The notes below the pieces were generated by a model that did no database searches, was not told where the DNA came from, and was given only the letters and a program-made list of their open reading frames with translations. Positions 9,775 through 21,100 of a stretch of 64,000 bases of DNA are shown here, piece by piece. The DNA comes from Akkermansia sp. (GTDB lineage: Bacteria; Verrucomicrobiota; Verrucomicrobiia; Verrucomicrobiales; Akkermansiaceae). Where the stretch lies: assembly GCA_024405455.1 (NCBI GenBank), contig JAKSOT010000002.1, positions 166 through 64,165 on the forward strand, written 5' to 3'. The translations under genes were made by a program, and so were the position numbers. Numbering within the stretch: position 1 is the first letter of the stretch; each line of letters opens with the position of its first letter.

Positions 9775-10638
9775 TCAGTTGCCGTCCTTTCCCCAGCGGC
9801 GGGTGATGCCGCCGTAGGAATCGATGCGGCGGTCACGGAAGAAGGGCCAGATGCGGCGGTGGTCCTCCAGGGCTTCCAAATCCAAATCCGCGTACAGGAT
9901 GCAGCGCTCCTTCACGGGTGCCTTGGCTATCACCTGGCCGCAGTAGTCCGCGGCGAACGACTGCCCCCAGAAGGTGGTTTCCCCCTCCGTGCCGCAGCGG
10001 TTCACGGCGCAAACGTAGCAGGCGTTGGCCACGGCGTGCCCGCGCTGCACGGTCTCCCACGCGCAGTGCTGGGCCTCGTACAGCGGCTCCTCGCCGGGTA
10101 TCCAGCCGATGGCGGTGGGGTAGAAGATGATTTCCGCGCCCTCCATGGCGGTGAGGCGCGCGGCCTCCGGGTACCACTGGTCCCAGCAGATCAGCACGCC
10201 GATGCGCCCGTGTTTCGTTGCAAAGCACTTGTAGCCCAAATCGCCGGGCGTGAAGTAGAATTTCTCCTCGAACCCGGGGTCCTGCGGGATGTGCATCTTG
10301 CGGTACACCCCCAGGAACTTCCCGTCCGCGTCCACCACGAACGCCGTGTTGTGGTACAGCCCGGTGGCGCGCTTCTCGAATCCCGCCACCACCAGCACCA
10401 CGCCCAGCTCGCCCGCCAGCGCGCACAGCTCCTCCGTCCACGGCCCCGGTATCGGGTCCGCCATGTCGAACAGCGCGCAGTCCTGCGTGCGGCAGAAATA
10501 CTGCGTGGTGCACATCTCCTGCGTGCAGACGATTTGCGCGCCGCCCGCCGCGGCCTCGCGGATGGCTTCCACGGTGCGGCGCTTGTTCTCGGCGGGGTCG
10601 GACACGGCCTCTTGCTGGATAAGGGCGATTCTCGGCAT
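9775..10638 (-). CDS. aguB: Carbon-nitrogen hydrolase, N-carbamoylputrescine amidase-like
   Basis: Nitrilase Glu-Lys-Cys triad: TQEM, YRKMHIPQDPGFEEKFYF, ICWDQWYPEAAR; C-terminal WPFFRDRRIDSY. Confidence 0.88.
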   Translation of the reverse strand: MPRIALIQQEAVSDPAENKRRTVEAIREAAAGGAQIVCTQEMCTTQYFCRTQDCALFDMADPIPGPWTEELCALAGELGVVLVVAGFEKRATGLYHNTAFVVDADGKFLGVYRKMHIPQDPGFEEKFYFTPGDLGYKCFATKHGRIGVLICWDQWYPEAARLTAMEGAEIIFYPTAIGWIPGEEPLYEAQHCAWETVQRGHAVANACYVCAVNRCGTEGETTFWGQSFAADYCGQVIAKAPVKERCILYADLDLEALEDHRRIWPFFRDRRIDSYGGITRRWGKDGN

Positions 10639-10719
10639 GCCCGAATCATACCACGCCCCCGCCCGCATGGAAAGCGTAAACAGGTGCGGAAAGTTGTTTC
10701 ACAATTGGTGTTTCTGGAG

Positions 10720-10747
10720 TTGATTTTCCGATTATTTGTGATAAAAT
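10720..10747 (+). promoter_or_regulatory. Promoter of the first giant PEP-CTERM gene
   Basis: TTGATT-N16-TAAAAT with an extended -10 TG, in an AT-rich intergenic region. Confidence 0.5.
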
Positions 10748-10798
10748 TTACCGCGCGACATACAACACGTCACAACAGACAGCTTTTATACATAGACA

Positions 10799-13700
10799 AT
10801 GAAACTCCACCTGCCGCATTCACTCCGCACGGCGCTGCTGTGCACCTTCTCCCTTCTCACAACCCTCGGAACTTCCAACACGTACGCCGGCGGCATGCAT
10901 TCGCAGGTGAGCATGGTGACCTACACGGATTTCGGCCAGAACATGGGGCGCTACCGCGTGAGCGGCGTGAACGATCTGCTCAGCTCCATCCGCCAGCGGG
11001 AGGGCGGCGTGGTCATCACCTATATCGAGGGGCACGACGACTACACGCTGGACCACTACATGCCCAGCTTCGAGAGCCAGGGCGACAACGGCGCGTATGC
11101 CGCCGTGGGCTACAACTTCATTGCCACCGTGGCCCACAACGGCTGCCAGAACCCCACCTTCACCGGACGCTACATCGAGGAGGCGGACTCCCTGCACTAC
11201 ATGGGCGTGGAGTACCGCGACGCCTTCACTTTCTGCCTGCAGCCGGGGCGGGGCATCAATGTGTCCTACGCCTACGACTACAAGATGACCCGCCTGAACA
11301 AGCTTGTCACGGACGTGGTGCCGTCCGGCCTGGTGCCGCGCTTCGCGGACGACTTCAACTACGCCGACCTGCACGGGCTGATGGAGTACCGTGCGGGCTC
11401 CGGCACCATGACCCGCCGCGAGCTGGACGGCAGCGTCACCTCGCTCACCGGGGCGTATGCCTACGTCACGGGAGCCGTGCAGCACATCACCACTGGAGAG
11501 ACCACGGACCAGGCGGCCGGGTGCTTCACCGCCGGCGCCACCTTTGACCCCTCCGCCAAGGGCATCAACGAGGACAACCCGCTGCCGTTCGTGGGGCAGG
11601 CGGGCGACTCCGGCAGCCCGGTGTGGCTGTGGGACGACGCCTCGCAGTCCTACCTGTACCTGGCGGCGTACCAGTCCGGCAGCGATTGGTTCGGCCAGGC
11701 GCGCGGCTCCATCAACTTCTCCTGGGACACGCTGCCCAAGTTCGACAAGCTGGTAAACATGGAGCAGGGAACGGCCCAAACCGTCCACATCAAGGGTGTG
11801 AAGGCCCAAGCCGGGGACGAGGTGGTGAGTGAGGACTTCTTCAAAGACGACGGCAGCATCGACCACACCTACTCCACCACGCTGCACAAGGGGCGCGTGG
11901 TGGACGGCCAAGGCAACCTCATCACCGACTACGTGGGCGTGAAGGGCGAGAACAACCAGTATATCAACACCTGGCTCAACCTCGCGGAAGTCAAGGACAA
12001 CGAGAAGTGGTACACCTACAATGAAAAATACTACAACGTGGGCGACTACAAGGAGAACGGCGTCACCACCCACCGCGAGCGCAAGATCGAGGACATGTTC
12101 TTCACCAGCAACCTGGTGTTCTCCGCCTCCACGGAGACTGGGAACGTGGTGGCGGTGGACGAGGACACGGACCTGGGCGTCGGCTACCTGCAATTCTCCA
12201 TCAACCCGGATTCCCACCTCACCCATGCCGAGTTCACCCTGCAGAGCAACGGCACCACCTCCGACGGCCGCGGCGGCCAGCGCAACTACATGGTCAACAG
12301 CGCCGGATTTGTGGTGGAGGACGGCGTGGACCTCCATGTAAAGCTCACCAACACCCAGTGGGACACCTCCAAGAACGACTACTACTACCGCGAGTGGCGC
12401 AAGGTGGGCGACGGCGACCTGCACCTGGAGGGGTTGGGCAACAACCAGATTTTCCTGAACGTGGGAGGCTCCGGCACCACCTATCTGAATGAGACCGCGG
12501 GCTACGCCGCATACAACGTGTACGTGGGCAGCGGCTCCACCGTGGCGATGGACAGCACCGCCCAGATCGCGCGGGACTTCACCTTCGGCTACAACGGCGG
12601 CACGCTGGACATCCGCGGCAACAACTCCATGGACTGGTACCGCACCAATCCCAACGTGGCCGCGCAGGGCTTCTCCATCAACTCCCTCTCGGAGGACGCC
12701 TTCATCACCAACAGCAGGGCAGACTCCACCCTCACCCTCACCTACAGGGAGACCGGGGAAACGGAATACCTCGGCTCCTTCGTGGACACCGAGGACGGCG
12801 GCAACGTGCGCATCGTCTTTGACGCGGGCCCCACCTCCACCACCACCCTGCGCAGCATCCACACCAACCTGCAGAACGAGGGCAGCGGCATCACCGTGAA
12901 AAGCGGCACCGTGGTGCTGGAGGGCACCAACACCGTGCACGCCCTGGGCTCCCTGGACGGCCACAGCGCCGCCCGCTACACCTCCGCGGAGGACTGGCAC
13001 TATGCGGACTCCGCCACGGATGTGCTGGTGGAGGGCGGCATCTTCCAACTGGGCAGCCACGCACGCCTCACCGGTGATGTGCAGCTGCGCGGCGGCTCCC
13101 TCGTCATCAATCAGGGCGTGCTGCACCAGTACGAGTACATCGAGGGCGGCCAGCGCCTGGAGGACACCACCTCCGCCTTCTACCGCCGATTCTACGGCCT
13201 GCACGGCAACGTGGACGGCGACGCCTCATCCTTCGTCTCCTTCGACTTTGACGTGCGCACCACCGCGGAGCAGGTGTATTCCGGCAACATCACCGGTGAA
13301 ACCTCTGTGCTTGTCAATCTCGGCGGCAACGGCGCCAGCCTGCGCCTCTCCGGCGAAAGCAGCTTCTCCGGAATGAAGGCCGTTTCCGGCGGCGGACTGA
13401 TTTCCGACAACGGATTGAAATCCCTCGGCACCGTCACGGACGACGAGAACGCATGGCTCGTGTTTGACGATGCGTTCATTGCCGCCAAGGGAGCCACGGG
13501 TGAAGGACTGCTGGACATGATTGCATCGTACAGCACGGGCACCCTCGCCCTCACGCAGGATCAGGCAACGGACCTGAACCTGCAGGCCCGGGGCTACAGC
13601 TCGCTCATCGTGGGCGCGCTGGAAGGGATGGACGTCCACTACGGCACCGCGAACGCCATGCTCGCCACCGTGCAGAACGGGGGGAAGGAACAGTGGCTGC

Positions 13701-16700
13701 TGGGCGGCGGCAGGGGCAACCTGGTGGTGGATTTCCTGCTGGTCAACCGTAACGCGGAGCTGGTGTTGGGCAACGAGTACACCACCGGCACCGTCACCCT
13801 CACCAACCCCGGCAACGACATCGGCTCCATCTCCTTCATGGGCCGCGTCACCCTGGACTACACGGACGAGCGCGCCCTGGGCAAGGCCGCCGTGAACCTG
13901 GCCTACGGTAACCGCCTGCTCCTGCCCTCCGCAGACGAGCAGTCGCGCGTGGCCGCCGACTCCCAGGGCGTGATGCTGGTGGACCGCACGGGAGGCGGGC
14001 GGTACGACATGAGCAACCACCCCGGCCTGTACATCGGCGCCGCCACCTCTGCGGAGCTGGATGAGGCCCCGGTCCTCGCGGCGGGCGAATCCTACCGCTT
14101 CGGCGGCATCACCGGAACCCTCACTGTCAACACCGCGCTGGCAAACCAGAACGGCGCCACCGGGATGTACGTGGACGGGCAGACCTACTCCGGCGGCGTG
14201 CTCGCGCTTGCGCAGGCCGCCACCCTGACCGGGAACGTGGACGTGCGCGGGTACGACGAGGGCAAGATGCTCGACGCCATACCGCGCCAGGGCGACATCA
14301 CCCTGCGCCTGGACGTGCAGGACGCCATTGCCACCGCGGGCAGCGTCTCCATGGGCCCCGGCGGCATCATCGACATCAACGGCACATCCCAGACCCTGCA
14401 CAACCTCACCATGGCGGAGGGCTCCCTGCTGACGGACGGCACCGCCGCGCGCAAGGGCAGCGTGGTGGTGGACGTGGCGGGCGGGCGCACCACGCGCCTG
14501 GAGGGCAGCGTGGATGTGGCGCGCCTCACCAAGACCGGCGGCGGCAACATGGTGCTGGCGGGCGTGAACGATTGCGGCACCTTCACCATTGCCGGCGGCA
14601 CCGTCACCCTGCTGAACGGCGACGCGCTGAACGCCTCCGGCACCACCATCATCGCCGAGGGCGGCACGCTGGACACCACCGCCGCGAACATCACCCAGGC
14701 CATCCACTTCCAGGGCGGCACCATGCTGGTGGGCTCCACCGACAACGCCACGCTGGGCGGCACGCTCATTGCGGATGCCGGGAGCAACGGCACCGTGCGC
14801 CAGGCCACCACAGGCGGCTCCACCAGGATCACCGCCAACCTGGACGCCGCGCAGGCCGCCATCCTCACCCTCTCCGGCGCCAACGGCACCTTCAACCTCA
14901 CCGGCACCAGCCTCAACACCTCCGGCGGTACCATCGCCCTGGAGGGCAAGCAGCTCACCCTCGACACCAACAGCGAGGTCACCATCGGCGGCACACTCAG
15001 CCTCAACTCCCAGGACCTCGCCTCCGGCCAGCGCGTCACCCTCCGCAGCGGCGGCTCCACCGACAACATGACCCGCAACATCAACGAGCTCCACATCGTG
15101 GACGGCTCCAACGCGGAAATAATAGAGAACACCTGGAACACCATCTGGAACATCCACAGCCTCACCGGAAGCGGCGACCTCAAGTGGACCTCCAACACCA
15201 CCCATTGGTTCTCCGCGCGCCTCATCCTGGACGGCGACAACGACTTCAGCGGCAGCTTCACCGCCGACCGCATCCACGGCAATGTGACCAACCGCCCGTA
15301 CCAGACCTACCTGGAGGCCCGGCACGACGGCGCCATGAAGAACATGGACGTCACCCTCAACGGCAAGGGTGCCCAGAGCAACTTGTCCCTGGCCGTGAAC
15401 ACGGACAACCTGCGGATGAAGAGCCTGGCCGGCAACCAGTACACCGTGCTGTACGCCGGGGCGGCGCACGAGGGCACCAAGAACGACGAGGGACAGACCC
15501 TGGTGCCGGTGCCCACCTCCACGCGCAACGCCACGCTCACCATTACCGGCGGCAAGAGCGCCACCTTCTCCGGCCTGGTGCAGGGCGGTGAGGACGGTGC
15601 GCTGAACATCGTGAAGCAGGGCGGCGGCACGCAGACCTTCAACGGCTCCACCGTGGTGGTCAACGATGTGTCCGCGCTCGGCGGCGGGCTGACCCTGAAC
15701 TCCGCCGGACTGTCGGTGCGGGGCAACGTGACGATTGCGCGCGGGGCCACGCTCACCATGAACAGGGCGTACACCCTGGGCAGCGGCAAGGTGCTCACCG
15801 TGGCGGGGCAAGAGGGGGATACCTCCGCCAAGCTCGCCGGCACGCTCACCCTGCAGGGCGGCACACTCAACTTCTCCGGCCTCGCCCTCAACAGCGCCGC
15901 CGCCGCGCTCTCCGTCAATTCCCTGACCGGAAACAGCGTCAACATCGACTTCTCCGACACCTCCGCCCTGAAGACGGGCACCTATTTCCTGGCGGCGGGC
16001 AACTGGAGCGGCGTCACCCTCACCTGTGCGGAGCAGTCCTACTGGAACGTGACCCTTACGAAGAACACCAGCAGTCTGAAGGCCATATTCGCCTTGAAGA
16101 GCGGCAGCCACATCTGGAACGGAACGGAGGACAAGCACCAGTGGAACGCCGGAACCTTCGGCCAGGACTCCATCTCCTTCGGCACCTCGGACACCGCCGT
16201 GTTCACGGATTTGGCCAGCGGCAGGGAGGTCGCCGTCGGCACCACCCGCACCATCGCCTCGCTCGTCTTTGACTCCTCACGCCAGTACACCGTCGGCAAC
16301 ACCTCCGGCAACTACGTCACCGCCGCCACGCTGGAGCAGCTGGGCAGCGGCACCACCATCGTCAACGGCGGCCTCAAAGCCTCCAACATCATCATCAAGA
16401 ACGGCGAGCTGCGCGTGGCGGACGCCGCCCTGCTGAGCAGCGCGGATTCCATCACGGGGGCAGGCACGCTGGGGCTCGACATCTCCGGCACCACCACCGT
16501 GAACGGCAAGCTCTCCGCGGAGAACCGTCTCGGCGCGCTGCACATCCACTCCGGCACATACGCCTCCGCCGGGGAAGTGTATGCGGATAACGTGCTGCTG
16601 GATGCGGGAAGCACCTTCCAGCTGCAAGCCGATCAGAGCGCGAACATCACCGCGAACGCCGATGGCGGCGCGGATTCCCAGGCCACCGTGGCGCTGGGGT

Positions 16701-19700
16701 CCCGCACCCTGAACGGACGCCTCACGCTGGCGGGCGACACCACGGTGACCGCCTCCGGCGGCACGCTGGCGGCGGATGTGCGTACGGAAGGCCACCTGCT
16801 GACCACGGCGGGCAACATGACCATCAGCAACACGGCGCTGGCGGGCAGCCTGCGCGTGGACAGCGGCACGCTGAAGCTCCAGGGCGGCCTCTTCAACAGC
16901 CTCAGTGACATCACCATCGGCTCCGGCTCCACCCTCTTCTTCGGCTACGGCAACAGCATCACCAGCGGCGCCACCGTCAACATGGAGGACGGCGCCATCC
17001 TCTCCTCCGAGTCAGGCGGTGCCGACAACCACCAGCTCACCATCAACGTGAACGTGCTGGGCGGCACCGCGGAAATCCAGGGCTGCTACAACGGCAACAA
17101 TCTCAACGTGAGCGGCGGCATCTCCGGCAACGGCACTCTCAAGCTCGGCCAAAACCACGGCAACAGTTGGACCGTTTCCGCCCCCATCAGCGATGGCGCG
17201 AATCCCGGCGACTCCCTGGCCCTGCTCATCAATTCCAAGGTGAAGGTGTCCGGCGCGAACACCTATTCCGGCGGCACCACCATCAGCGGCGGGGAGACGG
17301 TTGCCTCCAACGCCTCCGCCTTCGGCACCGGCGCGCTCACCATGAACGGCGGCTCGCTGGAAACCACCCAGGGCCTCCGCATCGCCTCCATCGGCGGTTC
17401 CTCCGGCTCCATCAACTTCGACAGCATGACCCTCACCCTCACAGGGGAGGGAAACGCCTCCTTCGGCGGTGCCGTGCAGGGCACGCCCAACATTGTGAAG
17501 CTGGGCGGCGGCAGGCAGACCTTCTCCCAGGCGGCCGCCTACGGCAACGTGGCGGTGCAGCGCGGCACGCTCGCGCTCAACGCCACGGAGCTGGGCCGCC
17601 AGGTGAGTGTGGAGTCCGGTGCCTCGCTGCTGCTGGGCGGGGAGAGCATCCTCCTGCACGCGCCCGTGTACAATGCGGGTGAAATCACGCTCACGGGCTC
17701 CTCCCCCGTGCTGAACCTGGCCTCTGACGGCGGATTCTCCATGCAGGGCGGCGGCTATATCGACATCGACGGCAACGAATCCGCGGACGGCAACGGATTC
17801 CTGCGCGGCGGCAGCATCCAGGTTGTCTACATGGCGGAGGGTGCCACCCTGAACAACCGCGCCGCCACGGTCACCTACCAGGGCAGCACCCTGCAGCTGG
17901 ACGACCTCGGCACGGCCTGGCTCGGCGAGAAGAGCAGCCACTCCTACTCCGTGCGGCAGGGCAAGGTGACGTACGACGAGGCGTTCGCCACCAAGGCCGC
18001 CACGCGCGAGCTGGAAGCCTTCATCCTGGCCACCGCGCTGGAGGAGACGCCCGCCGAGCTGGAAATCATCGAGGAACTGCCGCAGGATGTCGTCATCCAC
18101 ACCTCCGGCCTAGGCGGCATCCTGAGCTTGGGCAAGGACGTGACCCTTTCCTCCGCGCGCCTGGACATCGGTGCGGCCACCGTGTTGAACGGCGCGGGCC
18201 GCCTGGAGCTGGCGGCGGGGCAGGCATCCCTGCCGCAGGCCGTGTCGTTCGGCCCGCAGTGGACGGGCACCGTGGCCGTGAGCGGGGCCTCCTTCACCGG
18301 GGCCTTCACCTGCGCCTCACTGGGCACGGAGGACAGCTGGCTGGAGCTCAAGGGCACCAAGGGCTACCTGAACAACAATCCCACCATCGCCAACAACCTC
18401 ATCCTTGCCAGGGGCGAGGACGGCTGGGCCTTTGAGCAGAACAACGGCAACGACGGCACCACCGTCAGGTTCACCGGCGCCATCAAGGGCGACGGCAACA
18501 TAGGCCGCTCTGACGGTACCGGCAGCACCTACACCTACGAGTTCAGCGGCGACATCAGCGGGTGGACCGGCCAGTTCATCAGCCGCAACAACAACGACAA
18601 GTACACCATGTTCCGCGTGAAGGACGCCGCCACCGAGGTGAACGCGGACCTGCTGCTGGGCGACCCGAACGCGGCCAACAACGATTTCCGCGTGGAGGTG
18701 AGGAACGATGCGCGCTTCAACGGCCGCATCCAGGCCAACAGGCTCGCCGTGGTCGGTGGCGCCAATGCCACGCTGGCGGGCACCTCATCCTTCAACCGCT
18801 CCGTTTCCGTGGCGGAGGGTGCCTCCCTCGTCAACACGGGCCACGCCACCATCGGCGGGGAGGTCTCCCTTGCCGGCACCTTCACCAACGAGGGCACGCT
18901 GAATATCGGCAGCGTCTCCTCCTGGTCCGGCGAGCTCGTCAATGCCGCGCAGGGCAACGTGGTGCTGGACGCCACCCTCGCCACCGGATCCATCCTCAAC
19001 CGCGGCACCATCACCGTGAGCGACCTCATGGTCGGCCCCAATGCCACCTACAGGGACGCCAGGGGCAGGACCACCTCCGGCAACGGCTTCGCCACCTCCA
19101 CCATCGAGGTCTGCGCCATCGGCACCATCCGGAACGAGGGCGGCACCATCATGTACGGCGGGCAGGATGTCACCCAGACCGTGCTGAACACCGGCAGGCT
19201 GGTCAATGTCACCAACAACGCCTCGTACCGCATCAACACCACGGATTCCAACGTGGCTTTCAGCAACATCCAAAGCGCATCCGACGGCATGCTGGAACAC
19301 ATTGTCTTTGCCTCCGGAACATCCCTGAAGGTGGACTACGCCGGCGGCGTGCATCTGCACAGCTCGCAGGTGACGGGCGCAACCAACGCCACGCTGCAAC
19401 TGCAGGCCGGTGCCGCCATGGTGCTGGATTCCGGCTTGTCCGCCACCATGGACGTGGCGAGCGGGGTCGGCACGCTGCAGGCTGCGGCGGAGGGAGAGAC
19501 GGCTTCCCCCTTCGCCATCACCAAGACAGGCGATGGCACGCTGCGCATCACGGATGAATCCGACGGGGTCGCCGCCACCTACCGCGGCACCCTGGCCATC
19601 AATGCGGGCACGGTGGAGCTGGACTCGCAGAACGTCGTCTTCTCCTCCGTCTCCGTGGGAGCCAACACGCTGCACGTCACGGCGGAGCACGCCACGGCGG

Positions 19701-20944
19701 AAACCGTGAAAACCGCCTCTGGCAGCCATGTCACCGTGGACGGCGGCCTGAACGTCGCCACGCTCAACCTGGTGAACGGCAGCAACGTGGGCGGCAGCGG
19801 CACGCTTGATGTGCAGAGCCTCGCCCTCGGCGGTGACGTCACCATCTCCGGCATGAACCGGATGAACGTGTACGGCACCGTCAACCAGACCGGCGGCACC
19901 GTCAAGTTCGGCAACGCTCTCAGCCGTGTCGCCTTCCTCTCCACGGAGGGGGTGAACCGTTTCGCCAAAATCGACATGGGCAACAGCAAGCAGGCCTTGG
20001 CGGAGGTGACTTTCGCCGAGGGTACGCAAAACACCGTGAACGAGCTTTGGATGAACAGCAGGGAGGGCAACCGCATCCTGCTGGAGCGGAACGCCTCCCT
20101 CTCGGTGGGCGGTGCGGCAATCAAGGGGCTTTCCGCGCAGGAGGATGCCGAGGTGCGGCTTGTGCAGTCCGGTGCCCAGACCCAGGGAGGGCAGTATTCC
20201 ATGGGCAACGGCTCCTTCCGCATCAGCCATGCCGAGGTGGCTGTGGACACCTCGTCCGGTGCCAAGACCATCGGCAACGCCCTGCTGGATGTGCGCCTGG
20301 TGAACGCCGGAGCCAACACCCTCACGGAGAGCAACGGCGCCAACACCTCCCTGGCGGCGGCGGAGGCCGTGCGCGGTGATATCACCTTCCTCAACAAGGC
20401 CGCCGGAATGGAGGTGCAGGACATCATGCTGGGGGCCGACCGCACCCTGTCCGTGTACAGGAACGGCACGGCCAACGAGGCCAACGAGACCACCCTCACC
20501 ATCCGCGGCAGGCTGGAGACGCAGGGTGCGGGGGGAACCATCAACGCCAACGTGGTGATGGAATCCGGCTCGGAGCTGGATGTCTACCGCACGGAGGGGC
20601 AGGGCATCTGCCTGGGCAGTTCCCTCACCATCAAGGAGGACATCGGCCTCTCCTCCTCCGACCTCGCCGCCCTCTACGGCCTGGCCGAGAATGAGCAGTA
20701 CAACCTCTTCACCGGGGTGGACGAACTCGTCCTCGACACCACGCCGTACCGGGCCATCCTCCCGCAGGACCGCATCGACGCCGCCGGCTGGTTTCGCGGT
20801 GTGGAGCCGCAGCACATCTACATGGTGTACGACGGCTCCAACGTGGGACTCTACTGCGTGGCTCCCCTCCCGGAGCCGACCACGGGTACGCTGAGCCTGC
20901 TGGCGCTGGCGGCCCTGGCCGCCCGCAGACGCAAAACGGCTTGA
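10799..20944 (+). CDS. Giant PEP-CTERM surface protein (3381 aa) with an N-terminal S6/SPATE-like serine protease and autotransporter-associated beta-strand repeats
   Basis: MKLHLP signal peptide; YTDFGQNMGRY, ATVAHN (His), YDYKMTRLNKLVT (Asp), GDSGSP (Ser); many K-G-G-[LQ] passenger repeats; C-terminus PEPTTGTLSLLALAALAARRRK. Confidence 0.92.
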   Translation: MKLHLPHSLRTALLCTFSLLTTLGTSNTYAGGMHSQVSMVTYTDFGQNMGRYRVSGVNDLLSSIRQREGGVVITYIEGHDDYTLDHYMPSFESQGDNGAYAAVGYNFIATVAHNGCQNPTFTGRYIEEADSLHYMGVEYRDAFTFCLQPGRGINVSYAYDYKMTRLNKLVTDVVPSGLVPRFADDFNYADLHGLMEYRAGSGTMTRRELDGSVTSLTGAYAYVTGAVQHITTGETTDQAAGCFTAGATFDPSAKGINEDNPLPFVGQAGDSGSPVWLWDDASQSYLYLAAYQSGSDWFGQARGSINFSWDTLPKFDKLVNMEQGTAQTVHIKGVKAQAGDEVVSEDFFKDDGSIDHTYSTTLHKGRVVDGQGNLITDYVGVKGENNQYINTWLNLAEVKDNEKWYTYNEKYYNVGDYKENGVTTHRERKIEDMFFTSNLVFSASTETGNVVAVDEDTDLGVGYLQFSINPDSHLTHAEFTLQSNGTTSDGRGGQRNYMVNSAGFVVEDGVDLHVKLTNTQWDTSKNDYYYREWRKVGDGDLHLEGLGNNQIFLNVGGSGTTYLNETAGYAAYNVYVGSGSTVAMDSTAQIARDFTFGYNGGTLDIRGNNSMDWYRTNPNVAAQGFSINSLSEDAFITNSRADSTLTLTYRETGETEYLGSFVDTEDGGNVRIVFDAGPTSTTTLRSIHTNLQNEGSGITVKSGTVVLEGTNTVHALGSLDGHSAARYTSAEDWHYADSATDVLVEGGIFQLGSHARLTGDVQLRGGSLVINQGVLHQYEYIEGGQRLEDTTSAFYRRFYGLHGNVDGDASSFVSFDFDVRTTAEQVYSGNITGETSVLVNLGGNGASLRLSGESSFSGMKAVSGGGLISDNGLKSLGTVTDDENAWLVFDDAFIAAKGATGEGLLDMIASYSTGTLALTQDQATDLNLQARGYSSLIVGALEGMDVHYGTANAMLATVQNGGKEQWLLGGGRGNLVVDFLLVNRNAELVLGNEYTTGTVTLTNPGNDIGSISFMGRVTLDYTDERALGKAAVNLAYGNRLLLPSADEQSRVAADSQGVMLVDRTGGGRYDMSNHPGLYIGAATSAELDEAPVLAAGESYRFGGITGTLTVNTALANQNGATGMYVDGQTYSGGVLALAQAATLTGNVDVRGYDEGKMLDAIPRQGDITLRLDVQDAIATAGSVSMGPGGIIDINGTSQTLHNLTMAEGSLLTDGTAARKGSVVVDVAGGRTTRLEGSVDVARLTKTGGGNMVLAGVNDCGTFTIAGGTVTLLNGDALNASGTTIIAEGGTLDTTAANITQAIHFQGGTMLVGSTDNATLGGTLIADAGSNGTVRQATTGGSTRITANLDAAQAAILTLSGANGTFNLTGTSLNTSGGTIALEGKQLTLDTNSEVTIGGTLSLNSQDLASGQRVTLRSGGSTDNMTRNINELHIVDGSNAEIIENTWNTIWNIHSLTGSGDLKWTSNTTHWFSARLILDGDNDFSGSFTADRIHGNVTNRPYQTYLEARHDGAMKNMDVTLNGKGAQSNLSLAVNTDNLRMKSLAGNQYTVLYAGAAHEGTKNDEGQTLVPVPTSTRNATLTITGGKSATFSGLVQGGEDGALNIVKQGGGTQTFNGSTVVVNDVSALGGGLTLNSAGLSVRGNVTIARGATLTMNRAYTLGSGKVLTVAGQEGDTSAKLAGTLTLQGGTLNFSGLALNSAAAALSVNSLTGNSVNIDFSDTSALKTGTYFLAAGNWSGVTLTCAEQSYWNVTLTKNTSSLKAIFALKSGSHIWNGTEDKHQWNAGTFGQDSISFGTSDTAVFTDLASGREVAVGTTRTIASLVFDSSRQYTVGNTSGNYVTAATLEQLGSGTTIVNGGLKASNIIIKNGELRVADAALLSSADSITGAGTLGLDISGTTTVNGKLSAENRLGALHIHSGTYASAGEVYADNVLLDAGSTFQLQADQSANITANADGGADSQATVALGSRTLNGRLTLAGDTTVTASGGTLAADVRTEGHLLTTAGNMTISNTALAGSLRVDSGTLKLQGGLFNSLSDITIGSGSTLFFGYGNSITSGATVNMEDGAILSSESGGADNHQLTINVNVLGGTAEIQGCYNGNNLNVSGGISGNGTLKLGQNHGNSWTVSAPISDGANPGDSLALLINSKVKVSGANTYSGGTTISGGETVASNASAFGTGALTMNGGSLETTQGLRIASIGGSSGSINFDSMTLTLTGEGNASFGGAVQGTPNIVKLGGGRQTFSQAAAYGNVAVQRGTLALNATELGRQVSVESGASLLLGGESILLHAPVYNAGEITLTGSSPVLNLASDGGFSMQGGGYIDIDGNESADGNGFLRGGSIQVVYMAEGATLNNRAATVTYQGSTLQLDDLGTAWLGEKSSHSYSVRQGKVTYDEAFATKAATRELEAFILATALEETPAELEIIEELPQDVVIHTSGLGGILSLGKDVTLSSARLDIGAATVLNGAGRLELAAGQASLPQAVSFGPQWTGTVAVSGASFTGAFTCASLGTEDSWLELKGTKGYLNNNPTIANNLILARGEDGWAFEQNNGNDGTTVRFTGAIKGDGNIGRSDGTGSTYTYEFSGDISGWTGQFISRNNNDKYTMFRVKDAATEVNADLLLGDPNAANNDFRVEVRNDARFNGRIQANRLAVVGGANATLAGTSSFNRSVSVAEGASLVNTGHATIGGEVSLAGTFTNEGTLNIGSVSSWSGELVNAAQGNVVLDATLATGSILNRGTITVSDLMVGPNATYRDARGRTTSGNGFATSTIEVCAIGTIRNEGGTIMYGGQDVTQTVLNTGRLVNVTNNASYRINTTDSNVAFSNIQSASDGMLEHIVFASGTSLKVDYAGGVHLHSSQVTGATNATLQLQAGAAMVLDSGLSATMDVASGVGTLQAAAEGETASPFAITKTGDGTLRITDESDGVAATYRGTLAINAGTVELDSQNVVFSSVSVGANTLHVTAEHATAETVKTASGSHVTVDGGLNVATLNLVNGSNVGGSGTLDVQSLALGGDVTISGMNRMNVYGTVNQTGGTVKFGNALSRVAFLSTEGVNRFAKIDMGNSKQALAEVTFAEGTQNTVNELWMNSREGNRILLERNASLSVGGAAIKGLSAQEDAEVRLVQSGAQTQGGQYSMGNGSFRISHAEVAVDTSSGAKTIGNALLDVRLVNAGANTLTESNGANTSLAAAEAVRGDITFLNKAAGMEVQDIMLGADRTLSVYRNGTANEANETTLTIRGRLETQGAGGTINANVVMESGSELDVYRTEGQGICLGSSLTIKEDIGLSSSDLAALYGLAENEQYNLFTGVDELVLDTTPYRAILPQDRIDAAGWFRGVEPQHIYMVYDGSNVGLYCVAPLPEPTTGTLSLLALAALAARRRKTA

Positions 20945-20965
20945 TTTCAACAATATAGAAAATAT

Positions 20966-21006
20966 ACGGGCCAGGACGATAGCTGTCGTCCCGGCCCGTT
21001 TTTTTG
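20966..21006 (+). terminator. Rho-independent terminator
   Basis: acgggccaggacga...tcgtcccggcccgt stem followed by a T-run. Confidence 0.85.
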
Positions 21007-21026
21007 AACGTTTACATTTATATGGC

Positions 21027-21055
21027 TTGATTTTTCAACAAGGGTTTGATAAACT
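21027..21055 (+). promoter_or_regulatory. Promoter of the second giant PEP-CTERM gene
   Basis: TTGATT-N17-TAAACT with an extended -10 TG; same layout as 10720-10747. Confidence 0.5.
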
Positions 21056-21100
21056 CACGCGCGCTCAGGCGCTGCCGCCTGTCCCTCTTTCATTCCGATT

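Noticed and set aside
6204-9806. 1200-aa ORF antisense to hrpA
   Set aside because: High-GC shadow of a real gene; no recognisable domain.
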